Shown here: positions 1-9,048 of the stretch, one piece after another
How positions within the stretch are numbered: position 1 is the first letter of the stretch
Layout of the letters: each line of letters begins with the position of its first letter
Origin: Phycisphaera mikurensis NBRC 102666
GTDB lineage: Bacteria; Planctomycetota; Phycisphaerae; Phycisphaerales; Phycisphaeraceae
Assembly: GCF_000284115.1 (NCBI RefSeq)
Contig: NC_017080.1
Span: forward strand, 2,970,001 to 3,002,000
Direction of reading: 5' to 3'
Length of the DNA stretch: 32,000 nt
Position numbers and translations under genes: made by a program
The notes under the pieces: generated by a model
Told to the model about the DNA's origin: nothing
What the model saw: only the letters and a program-made list of their open reading frames with translations
Databases searched by the model: none

Positions 1-1228
<1,228 letters not shown>

Positions 1229-1314
1229 GGGCAGAGCCTAAGAACCCGCCGCTCCTCCAGCCGCGGGCTCCCGAATCCGGCACGACCGGGGGCCGGGTGC
1301 CACGCGGGTGCGCG

Positions 1315-1470
1315 CTAGCGGTGATCCCCGAGTTTCCTCAGGGCTCGCCGGCAGAGCCCGTGGAGCTGCCGGACGGCGAGATCGAGCTCGGTCGACAGCT
1401 CGAGCATCGATTTGCCCCCGAGGAAGCGGCCCACGAGGATCTTCCGCTCCAGCTCGGTCAGTCTTTCCAT
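1315..1470 (-). CDS. small helix-turn-helix protein resembling sigma-70 region 4 only (51 aa; start uncertain, track ORF extends to a GTG at 1665)
   Basis: MERLTELERKILVGRFLGGKSMLELSTELDLAVRQLHGLCRRALRKLGDHR follows the ECF-sigma region 4.2 pattern (LxxxERxVLxLRFxxGxSxxEIAxxLxxSxxxVxxxxxRAxxKL). No region-2-like sequence lies upstream. Codons 1315-1470 are about 86 % G/C-ending versus about 74 % for the 1471-1665 extension, which favours the ATG at 1470. No clear Shine-Dalgarno sequence. Confidence 0.5.
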   Translation of the reverse strand: MERLTELERKILVGRFLGGKSMLELSTELDLAVRQLHGLCRRALRKLGDHR

Positions 1471-1726
1471 GACGGGGTCCGGGTGCTCTGGCGTGATGGA
1501 TGCGGGACAAGGAGAGGAGGATCCAACGCCAGCCGGTGCGTTGGGCCGCGTCGGCGGGCCGACGGGATTCGCGGATCGGCGGCGTTTCGGGCCGTTCCGC
1601 CCAGCGGTCCGCGGCGGTGTGGCGGCCGGCTCGAGAGCAGCGGGCCGCTCGTTCGCGGGAGACACGGAGGCACGAGAGGATACCTCGAAAGAGGCGGCCG
1701 GAGCGGGGCGGAGCGGCAGGTCGCCC

Positions 1727-2432
1727 GTGGCCGCGAGAGCGGAGCGGCGACGCCGCTCTGTCTGCTTGTGCGCGAGGGAGCTGGATCGCGGCTCGGACAG
1801 CGTGGCGTCGCCACGCAGCTACCGCGGCCAGGCTGGCTTCGAGAGCTGAGCGGCGACGCCGCTCTGTCTGCTTGTGCGCGAAGGAGCTGGATCGCGACTC
1901 GGACAGCGTGGCGTCGCCACGCAGCTAGCGCGGCCAGGCTGGCGGCGAGAGCGGAGCGGCGACGCCGCTCTGTCTGCTTGTGCGCGAAGAAGCTGGATCG
2001 CGGCTCGGACAGCGTGGCGTCGCCACGCAGCTAGCGCGGCCAAGCTGGCTTCGAGAGCTGAGCGGCGACGCCGCTCTGTCTGCCTTGTGCGCGAAGGAGC
2101 TGGATCGGCGGCTCGGACAGCGTGGCGTCGCCCTGCAGCTACCGCGGCCAGGCTGGCGGCGAGAGCGGAGCGGCGACGCCGCTCTGTCTGCTTGTGCGCG
2201 AAGGAGCTGCATCGCGACTCGGACAGCGTGGCGTCGCCACGCAGCTACCGCGGCCAGGCTGGCTCCGAGAGCTGAGCGGCGACGCCGCTCTGTCTGCTTG
2301 TGCGCGAAGGAGCTGGATCGCGGCTCGGACAGCGTGGCGTCGCCACGCAGCTACCGCGGCCAGGCTGGCTCCGAGAGCGGAGCGGCGACGCCGCTCTGTC
2401 TGGCTTGTGCGCGAGAGAGCTGGATCGCGGAC
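1727..2432. repeat. tandem array of about 6.5 units of 106 bp with a 212-bp higher-order alternation, non-coding
   Basis: The unit motif GAGCGGCGACGCCGCTCTGTCTG starts at 1742, 1848, 1954, 2060, 2168, 2274 and 2380. Spacings are 106 bp except one of 108 bp caused by two 1-nt insertions. Each unit contains the perfect palindromes GAGCGGCG-A-CGCCGCTC and GCGTGGCG-T-CGCCACGC. The left edge is degenerate (about 1715-1741); the right edge is the mnmG stop codon at 2433. Confidence 0.95.
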
Positions 2433-4265
2433 TCAGGCGTCGCGGCGGACGGCGATCGAGAGCAGCATCACGTCGGTGGGGTTGACGCCGGCGAGGCGAC
2501 CGGCTTGACCGAGGGTCGCGGGGCGGAATCTGTTCATCACGTCGGCGGCCTCGCCGCGCAGGCCGGTGACGCGGCCGAAGTCGATGCCGGCGGGCAGTGG
2601 CTCGTCCTCACGCTCGGCAAGCGCCGCCTGCTGGCGGTCCTGCCGGGCGATGTAGCCGCCGTAGAGGGCTTCGGCGTCGGCGTGCCGCTGCAGGTCCGGC
2701 CGGCCGGCGAGATCGCCGGATCCGAGCAGCGCGCGGTCGGCCTCGAAGAGCCGCCAGCGCTCGTCGCCGACGGTGCCGATCTCCCGGCCCAGCGCGGTGA
2801 GCCTGGGCGCGGCGTTGTCGGCACGGAGCGAGAGCCGGTGCTCGGCCCGGCTGGTGAACATCCGGTACGGCTCGCGTGGGGTCTTGGTGACGAGGTCGTC
2901 GAGCATGACGCCGATGTAGGCACGATCGCGGCCGAGCCGGAAGGGCTCGTAGCGATCACTACCTTCGGCCGACGCCCACCGCGCCGCGTTGACGCCGGCG
3001 ACCAGGCCCTGCCCCGCCGCTTCCTCGTAGCCGCTGGTGCCGTTGATCTGGCCCGCGAGCAGAAGCCCCGGGAGGCGCTTGGTCATGCACGTGGCGTCGA
3101 TCTGGTGCGGCCAAACCATGTCGTACTCGACGGCGTAGCCGGGCTTCTGGATCTCGGCGTGCTCGCAGCCGGGCAGCCGCTTCACGACCTCCGCCTGCAC
3201 CTCGGCCGGTAGCGAGGTGGAGATGCCGTTGCAGTAGATGGCGTCGTCTCGGAGCGACTCGGGCTCCAGGAAGACGTGGTGGCTGGTGCGGTCGGCGAAG
3301 CGGACGACCTTGTCCTCGATGCTCGGGCAGTAGCGTGGCCCGCTGCTGGCTTCGATGCTGCCGTTGAACATCGGCGCCCGGTGGAGGTTCGCCCGGATCA
3401 AGCCGTGCGCCGCCTCGTTCGTGTGCGTCATCCAGCACATCGCCTGCGGGAGCCGGGGGAAAGCATCGGGATCCGTGCGCCGGCTGAAGGGCTCGGGCTC
3501 GTCGTCGCCGGGTTGCTCCTCCAGGCCCGAGAGGTCGAGGCTGCCGCGGGCGAGCCGCGGCGGGGTGCCGGTCTTGAGCCGGCCGAGCTCGAAGCCGAGC
3601 CGCGCCAGCTCGGCGCTGATCCCGTTTGCCACGCCCTCGCCGACGCGGCCGCCCTGGGTCCTCGCGTCGCCGGTGTGCATCAGCGCCCGCATGAAGGTTC
3701 CGGTCGTGAGCACGACGGCCCCCGCCCGCAGCAGGAAGGTCTTCCCGGCGTCGGCCACGCGGCCGAACGCACCGCAGCAGGAGGGGTCGGGTGCCCCGGT
3801 CACCGGCTCGGTGGTCCGGCCGAAGACGCCGACGCAGCGGCCCTCCTCGACGACCAGCTCCTCGACCAGCCCGCTCACGAACGACAGGTTCGGCCGCGTC
3901 GCCAGCAGCCGGCGGACCTCCTCGGCGTAGGCGTGCTTGTCGCTCTGGCAACGCGGGCCGCGGACGGCGGGCCCGCGGCTGCGGTTGAGCACCTTGAACT
4001 GGATGCCGGTCGCGTCGGCGACGCGGCCCATAAGGCCGCCGAGCGCGTCGATCTCGGCGACCATCTGGCCCTTGGCCAAGCCGCCGATCGCCGGGTTGCA
4101 GCTCATCGCCCCGATCCGGTCGGGGTCCATCGTCACCATCGCCACGCGGCCGCGGCTCCCGCCGCTGTCCTCGTACCGCGGCCGCAGCAGGTTGCTCGCC
4201 GCCCACGCCGCCTCGGCCCCCGCGTGGCCGCCGCCGATCACGATGACGTCCGCAGCTTCGTCCAT
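2433..4265 (-). CDS. mnmG: tRNA uridine 5-carboxymethylaminomethyl modification enzyme MnmG (GidA)
   Basis: 610-aa ORF. The N-terminal FAD fold is DVIVIGGGHAGAEAAWAAS. Family-typical blocks are present: MSCNPAIGGLAKGQMVAEIDALGG, GPRYCPSIEDKVVRF, LLAGQINGTSGYEEAAGQGLVAG and YGGYIARQ. Confidence 0.96.
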   Translation of the reverse strand: MDEAADVIVIGGGHAGAEAAWAASNLLRPRYEDSGGSRGRVAMVTMDPDRIGAMSCNPAIGGLAKGQMVAEIDALGGLMGRVADATGIQFKVLNRSRGPAVRGPRCQSDKHAYAEEVRRLLATRPNLSFVSGLVEELVVEEGRCVGVFGRTTEPVTGAPDPSCCGAFGRVADAGKTFLLRAGAVVLTTGTFMRALMHTGDARTQGGRVGEGVANGISAELARLGFELGRLKTGTPPRLARGSLDLSGLEEQPGDDEPEPFSRRTDPDAFPRLPQAMCWMTHTNEAAHGLIRANLHRAPMFNGSIEASSGPRYCPSIEDKVVRFADRTSHHVFLEPESLRDDAIYCNGISTSLPAEVQAEVVKRLPGCEHAEIQKPGYAVEYDMVWPHQIDATCMTKRLPGLLLAGQINGTSGYEEAAGQGLVAGVNAARWASAEGSDRYEPFRLGRDRAYIGVMLDDLVTKTPREPYRMFTSRAEHRLSLRADNAAPRLTALGREIGTVGDERWRLFEADRALLGSGDLAGRPDLQRHADAEALYGGYIARQDRQQAALAEREDEPLPAGIDFGRVTGLRGEAADVMNRFRPATLGQAGRLAGVNPTDVMLLSIAVRRDA

Positions 4266-4359
4266 GGGCGAGGGTACCCCCCGTGTGCCCGCCGGCGGCT
4301 CGCCGCCGCTGTCCGAAGCCCGCTCTCGGCGCTCTCCGGACGCCCCCTAGCGTGGGGTC

Positions 4360-5361
4360 ATGCCGCACCTCTCCCGCCGCACCGCGATCGCCGCCGCCCC
4401 GTTCGCCGCGCTCGCGGCCGCCGGTCTGGGGCGGGTCGCCGGCGCCCAGGAAGCCGCCGCCCCGCTGCCGCCGACGGGAAACGCCGGCGTGTACCGCACC
4501 GGCGTCGGCGCGTGGGACGTCGCCGTCGTCAGCGACGGCCACTTCTTCTTCGACCCGATGCACCCGACGCTCGGCGGCAACGTCGGCGCCGCGGCGTTCG
4601 CCGCCGCCGTCGAGGCGGCCGCCATGCCGGCGGACGGCCTCGCCCACGTCAACGCGCTGCTGGCACGCAAGGGCGACCGCGTCGTGCTCGTCGACGCGGG
4701 CGGCGGCGATGCCTTCGCGCCGACCACCGGCCGGCTGATCGCCAATCTCGCCACGCTGGGCGTCGAGCCGGCGGCCGTGACCGACGTCCTGCTGACCCAC
4801 GCGCACCCCGATCACGCCGGCGGGCTGATGCTGCCCGGCCGGGACCGCCAGCCGGCCTTCGCCAACGCCACCGTCCACGTGACCGAGGCGGAGCACGCCT
4901 TCTGGCGGAGCGGCCCGGCGCTGGCGCAGTCCGGCGTGCCCGAGGAGATGAAGGCGGCGGTGGTGAAGACGGCCAACGACGCGCTCGACACCGCCGGCGA
5001 GCGGCTCGCGATGGTGACCGACGGGGCCGAGCCGGTGGAAGGCTTCACCTCGGTGGCCTGCCCCGGCCACACGCCGGGGCACTGCGGCTACCTGCTCAGC
5101 GACGGCGACGCGACGCTGTACTTCACCGGCGACACGATCTTCTTCGCCCCCGTTCTGACCTCCCACCCCGGCTGGCACGTGGCCTTCGACACCGATCCGG
5201 CGGAGGCGGCGGCGACCCGCTTCCGCGAGATGGACCGGATCGCGAACGAGCGGCTGCGGATCGCTTCGCCGCACCTGCCGTTCCCGGCGCTTGCGCAGCT
5301 GCGGGAGGACGGGGCGGGCGGGTTCCGGTTCCTGGCCGAGCCCTGGCGCTTCGAGGCCTGA
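4360..5361 (+). CDS. Tat-exported MBL-fold metallo-hydrolase (beta-lactamase-like/lactonase-like)
   Basis: The N-terminus MPHLSRRTAIAAAPFAALAAAGLG carries a twin-arginine signal (SRRxAI plus a hydrophobic region). The HxHxDH zinc motif occurs in LLTHAHPDHAGGL, with later CPGHTPGH and GDTIFF blocks. Confidence 0.85.
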   Translation: MPHLSRRTAIAAAPFAALAAAGLGRVAGAQEAAAPLPPTGNAGVYRTGVGAWDVAVVSDGHFFFDPMHPTLGGNVGAAAFAAAVEAAAMPADGLAHVNALLARKGDRVVLVDAGGGDAFAPTTGRLIANLATLGVEPAAVTDVLLTHAHPDHAGGLMLPGRDRQPAFANATVHVTEAEHAFWRSGPALAQSGVPEEMKAAVVKTANDALDTAGERLAMVTDGAEPVEGFTSVACPGHTPGHCGYLLSDGDATLYFTGDTIFFAPVLTSHPGWHVAFDTDPAEAAATRFREMDRIANERLRIASPHLPFPALAQLREDGAGGFRFLAEPWRFEA

Positions 5362-5462
5362 GCCGGAGCGGTCGAGCGTCGCGTCGGGCCCCCGAGCCAC
5401 GTCCTCGGGAGGGTCGAGGCCGTGGCTCGGGAGAGAGCGGGGGCCGGATCCGAGGTGAGGCT

Positions 5463-6359
5463 CTACGCCTTCGGCCACAGCAGCGGCGTCGGCTCCAAGG
5501 GTGTCCAGCCGAGCTCGTCGCGCAGCACGCCGAGGTCGGCCAGCCCGCCGGGGCCGCGGAGGTCGCCGGTCACCGGGATGTGCGGAAGGAACTCCCGGGC
5601 CAGCGTCGCGGGGGCGATGCCCGCCACCGCGCGGCACGAGGCCGGGAAGTGGCAGCGGTAGCCGGGGGGCGAGCGGAGCAGCGCGGCCTCGAAGAGGCGG
5701 CAGGCGTCGTCGAGGTGCAGCAGGGCCATGCCCTCGATCAGCTCGTGGCACCCGGCGTGGAACGGCCGCCGGGGCGGGTTCCACCCGGTCCGCCCGCAGA
5801 TGCCCGGCAGCCGCAGCGCGACGCCGGCGAGCTTCGCGTTCGCGCGGCAGAGCTCCGCGAGCAGCTGCTCGCCGTGCGCCTTCGACAACGCGTAGGGGTT
5901 CTGACCCGGTGCCGCCGGGGCGTTTCCGTCCATGGGCAACCGCGGGAAGGGGCAGGGCCCCTGCGGCTCGAACCACTTGGGCCAGGCCACCATGTCCATC
6001 GTCGCCTGGATCGAGCTGGCGTACACGATCCGCTCGACGCCGTGGTCGCCGGCGGCGTAGAGCACGTTCGCCGTCATCCCCACGTTGGCCGCCAGCAGCT
6101 TCTGCCGGGGCAGGGGCTGGTTGGGGTTGGGGATGTTGCCCAGGTGCAGAACCGCGTCGACGCCGCCGCCGCTGTGGAACAGGTTGTAGACCCCCATGTC
6201 GTCGGCGAGATCGACCTGGTGCAGGGGCACGGGCAGGCCGGCGGCGTGCCGCTGGTCCGTGGCGACCACGCCGTGGCCGGCGGCGTGGAGGTGCTTGATC
6301 GCCGCCGAGCCGAGCAGGCCCGCGGCGCCCGTGACGAGGACACGCATGCGCGGGAACAT
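5463..6359 (-). CDS. NAD-dependent epimerase/dehydratase family protein (start at ATG 6359 or 6347, not the 6971 of the track ORF)
   Basis: MFPRMRVLVTGAAGLLGSAAIKHL contains the GxxGxxG Rossmann motif. ...ASSIQATM...NPYALSKAHGEQL contains the extended-SDR YxxxK catalytic motif. The upstream 200 aa of the track ORF are Arg/Ala/Ser-rich and overlap murF. Confidence 0.8.
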   Translation of the reverse strand: MFPRMRVLVTGAAGLLGSAAIKHLHAAGHGVVATDQRHAAGLPVPLHQVDLADDMGVYNLFHSGGGVDAVLHLGNIPNPNQPLPRQKLLAANVGMTANVLYAAGDHGVERIVYASSIQATMDMVAWPKWFEPQGPCPFPRLPMDGNAPAAPGQNPYALSKAHGEQLLAELCRANAKLAGVALRLPGICGRTGWNPPRRPFHAGCHELIEGMALLHLDDACRLFEAALLRSPPGYRCHFPASCRAVAGIAPATLAREFLPHIPVTGDLRGPGGLADLGVLRDELGWTPLEPTPLLWPKA

Positions 6360-6390
6360 ACCGGCGGCCTCCCGCGGTAGCCTCCGACCG

Positions 6391-7719
6391 ATGCAGGGCT
6401 GCACGCTGGGTGAGGTCGCGGAGGCGGCGGGAGCGACGCTCCACGGGCCCGCCGGCGCGGCGAATCGCCCGGCGGCGGCCTTCGGCATCGACTCCCGCAC
6501 GCTGCCCGCCGGCGGCGTCTTCTTCGCGCTCGGATCCGCGGACCGCGACGGGCACGGCTTCGCGGAAGCCACGGTCCGCGGCGGGGCCGCGGCGGCGGTG
6601 GTGCGGGACCGCTGGGAGCGGCCCGCGGCGGGGACGTACCTCGCCGTGGACGACCCCGCCGCCGCCCTGCACCGGCTGGCGGCGCGGCAGCGCGAGCGGC
6701 TTCGCGCCGGCGGCTGCCGCGTCGTCGCGGTCGGCGGCTCCAACGGCAAGACGTCGACGCGGAGGCTGATCCACCACACGCTCGCCGCCGGCGGCCTCGC
6801 CGGCACGCAGAGCCCAGCCAGCTTCAACAACCACCTCGGCGTGCCGCTGACCCTGCTCGCCGCACGCCCCGACGACGCGTTCGTCGCCGCCGAGATCGGC
6901 ACCAACCACCCCGGGGAGATCGCCCCGCTGGCGGACCTGCTCCGCCCGGAGGTGGCGGTGATCGCCAGCATCGGGGCCGAGCACCTCGGCCACTTCGGCT
7001 CGCTCGGGGCCGTCGCCGAGGAGGAAGCCGCCCTGCTGCCGGCGGTGCGACCCGGCGGCGTCGTTTTCTGCCCGCCCGAAGCCGCGGCGGCGCTGCAACC
7101 CTTCTACGACGTGGCCGAGGGCGTGGCGCTCGTTCCGGTGACCGAGGCGCGGCACGGGGCCCTCGTGCCCGCGGGCTTCCCGCTGCTTGGGCAGCACCAG
7201 CGGGCCAACGCCCGGCTCGCCGCCGCCGTCGGCCGGTGGTTCGGCCTGGACGCCGACGCCGTCGCCGCCGCCCTGTCGACGGCCACGCCCGCCCCCGGCC
7301 GGATGGAGCCGCTGCGGCTGGGCGGAGGCGCGGAGGCGGGCGGCGTCACGGTCGTGCACGACGCGTACAACGCGAACCCCGATTCCGTCGCCGCCGCCCT
7401 GCGCCACCTCGCCGCGGCCCCCGCCCCGGGCCGCCGCGTCGTGGTGCTCGGCCCGATGCTCGAGCTCGGCCGCTTCGCCGGCGACGCCCACCGCGACGCC
7501 GCCGCCCTCGCGGAGGCCTCCGCCGACCTCGTGCTGCTCGTCGGCGACGCCTGGCCGACCCCGGGCACCGACCTCGACGCCGTCGCCGCCGCCCTCGAAC
7601 CCGGCGACACCGTGCTCGTGAAGGCGAGCCGCGGCTCGGCGCTCGAACGGCTCTTCCCGCTGATCGAGCGAGGCGTCGCGTCGCGGCCGCCCGTCCGGCC
7701 ACGGGGGCCCGTGCCTTGA
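6391..7719 (+). CDS. murF: UDP-N-acetylmuramoyl-tripeptide--D-alanyl-D-alanine ligase
   Basis: Starting from MQGCTLGEVAEAAGATLHG, the ORF contains VVAVGGSNGKTSTRRL (Mur ligase P-loop), SFNNHLGVPLTLL, EIGTNHPGEIAPLADLLRPEVAVIASIGAEHLGHFGS and VHDAYNANPDS. The stop TGA at 7717-7719 overlaps the mraY start. Confidence 0.9.
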   Translation: MQGCTLGEVAEAAGATLHGPAGAANRPAAAFGIDSRTLPAGGVFFALGSADRDGHGFAEATVRGGAAAAVVRDRWERPAAGTYLAVDDPAAALHRLAARQRERLRAGGCRVVAVGGSNGKTSTRRLIHHTLAAGGLAGTQSPASFNNHLGVPLTLLAARPDDAFVAAEIGTNHPGEIAPLADLLRPEVAVIASIGAEHLGHFGSLGAVAEEEAALLPAVRPGGVVFCPPEAAAALQPFYDVAEGVALVPVTEARHGALVPAGFPLLGQHQRANARLAAAVGRWFGLDADAVAAALSTATPAPGRMEPLRLGGGAEAGGVTVVHDAYNANPDSVAAALRHLAAAPAPGRRVVVLGPMLELGRFAGDAHRDAAALAEASADLVLLVGDAWPTPGTDLDAVAAALEPGDTVLVKASRGSALERLFPLIERGVASRPPVRPRGPVP

Positions 7720-8921
7720 TCCCCTGGCTCCTCGACGCCCTGGGCATCTCCGCCTCCGACAGCTCGGCTGTCCGCGCCTTCGGCGTGTTCCGCTGGGTCG
7801 AGTTCCGCGCGGTGCTGGCGGTCGTGCTCGCCTTCGTCACGGTGGTCGCCTGCGCCCCGCGCGTGATCCGCTGGCTGATCACGCAGAAGATCGGCGACCG
7901 TCCGGAGTTCCACAACCGCGCCCTCAACGAGCTCACCCAGCACAAGAGCAACGTCCCGACCATGGGCGGCGTGCTGATCGCGGGGGCGATCTTCGGCGTC
8001 ACGCTGCTGCTGGCCGACCTCCGCAGCTTCTACGTCGTGATGGCGATGGCCTGCCTCGTGTCGCTGTGCGCGATCGGCTTCGCGGACGACTGGCTCAAGC
8101 TCACCGCGGGCCGCCGCAACGCCGCCTCGCGCGACGGCCTGCGCAGCTGGGAGAAGCTGCTGTTCCAGCTCGGCGTGGCCGCGCTGCTCGGCTGGTTCAC
8201 GTACCGCTACGGGGTGAGCAAGTTCGCCTACCTCAACGAGTTTTCGGAGATGGCGCGGTCGGTGAATCTGCCGGGCCTGAAGGCGTGGGTGCGCGAGGGC
8301 GGCGTGCTGACGCAGAACCCCGCGATGCTCGTGCTGCCGGCGGGGGCGTTCGTGCTGGTGGCGACGCTGCTGATCACCGGCTTCTCCAACGCCGTGAACC
8401 TCACCGACGGCATGGACGGCCTCGCCTCGGGCATCACCGTCATCTGCGCGTTCCTGCTGATGATCCTCTGCGTGATCGCCGGGTACCAGAGCCAGGGCTT
8501 CGTGCTCGCGAAGTACCTGCTCGTGCCGCACATCCCGCTCTCCGACGAGCTCGCCGTGGTCGCCGGGGCGATGGTGGGCGCCTGCCTGGGCTTCCTGTGG
8601 TTCAACTGCAACCCCGCCCAGGTCTTCATGGGCGACACCGGCAGCCTGCCGCTGGGCGGCCTGCTCGCGTACATCGCGGTGGTGATCCGGCAGGAGTTCC
8701 TGCTGCTGGTCGTCGGCGGGGTGTTCCTGCTGGAGATCGGCAGCGTGGTGCTGCAGGTCGGCTACTTCAAGATGACCGGCGGGAAGCGGGTGTTCCGCTG
8801 CGCCCCGATCCACCACCACTTCCACCTCACCGGCTGGACCGAGCAGCAGGTGGTCGTCCGGGCTTGGGTCGTCACCGCCCTGCTCGCCGCGCTCGCCCTC
8901 GCCGCCGTGAAGCTGCGGTGA
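7716..8921 (+). CDS. mraY: phospho-N-acetylmuramoyl-pentapeptide transferase
   Basis: A TTG start at 7716 lies in a TTGA overlap with the murF stop. LIPWLLDAL...FGVFRWVEFRAVLAVVLAFV aligns with the E. coli MraY N-terminus (MLVWLAEHL...FNVFSYLTFRAI, from memory). The blocks KSNVPTMGGVLI, GFADDWLKL, NAVNLTDGMDGLASG, GDTGSLPLGG and APIHHHF are present. Confidence 0.9.
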   Translation: MIPWLLDALGISASDSSAVRAFGVFRWVEFRAVLAVVLAFVTVVACAPRVIRWLITQKIGDRPEFHNRALNELTQHKSNVPTMGGVLIAGAIFGVTLLLADLRSFYVVMAMACLVSLCAIGFADDWLKLTAGRRNAASRDGLRSWEKLLFQLGVAALLGWFTYRYGVSKFAYLNEFSEMARSVNLPGLKAWVREGGVLTQNPAMLVLPAGAFVLVATLLITGFSNAVNLTDGMDGLASGITVICAFLLMILCVIAGYQSQGFVLAKYLLVPHIPLSDELAVVAGAMVGACLGFLWFNCNPAQVFMGDTGSLPLGGLLAYIAVVIRQEFLLLVVGGVFLLEIGSVVLQVGYFKMTGGKRVFRCAPIHHHFHLTGWTEQQVVVRAWVVTALLAALALAAVKLR

Positions 8922-9048
8922 GGCGCCCGACGCGGAAGCCGCCCCCGCAGCGTGCCGGCCACCGCGGATCCAACCCGACCGGCCGAGGACCCGACACGCG
9001 GCACGCGGAACGCCGAACGCGGCGGGCACGCTGCACTAAAACACCTCC

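Noticed and set aside
1727-2432. CRISPR array interpretation of the 106-bp periodic region
   Set aside because: The whole 106-bp period is conserved between units, so there are no unique spacers between short repeats. The period is too long, and no cas genes occur in the window.
1727-2432. Chromosomal replication origin, because oriC adjoins gidA/mnmG in E. coli
   Set aside because: I see no DnaA-box-like 9-mers (TTATCCACA or GC-shifted variants) and no AT-rich unwinding element. The array lies at the 3' end of mnmG rather than its promoter side, and no dnaA/dnaN/parAB genes are nearby.
1297-3212. Long ORFs on both strands running through the 106-bp array (e.g. 1297..2034 +, 1874..2275 +, 1980..3212 +, 1925..2212 -) as repeat-protein genes
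   Set aside because: 106 is not divisible by 3, so each unit is read in a different frame. The ORFs are open in several frames at once, which is typical of stop-codon-poor GC-rich DNA. 1980..3212 also runs antisense into the well-supported mnmG gene. The products are Arg/Ala/Ser-rich with no recognisable domain.
5463-6971. N-terminal extensions of track ORFs taken at face value (5463..6971, 10712..11422, 11489..12292, 12429..15125, 21526..23259, 22950..24320, 6196..7719, 7236..8921, 28951..29577)
   Set aside because: In each case the conserved family N-terminus or signal peptide begins at an internal ATG, GTG or TTG, often with an AAGGAG/GGAG-like site upstream. The extension is low-complexity and frequently overlaps the neighbouring gene.
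2959-7491. 1510-aa minus-strand ORF, 1034-aa plus-strand ORF (3276..6380) and similar giant ORFs
   Set aside because: Their products are extreme Arg/Gly/Pro/Ala low-complexity sequence. They overlap four independently well-supported genes (mnmG, MBL hydrolase, epimerase, murF) in other frames or strands. These are shadow ORFs caused by the rarity of stop codons at this GC content.
8947-9034. Long-range 10-bp inverted repeat (GCAGCGTGCC / GGCACGCTGC) between mraY and the SDR gene as a regulatory element
   Set aside because: It is a single 10-bp pairing across a 68-nt loop in GC-rich DNA, which is within chance expectation. There is no supporting nested structure or U-tract.
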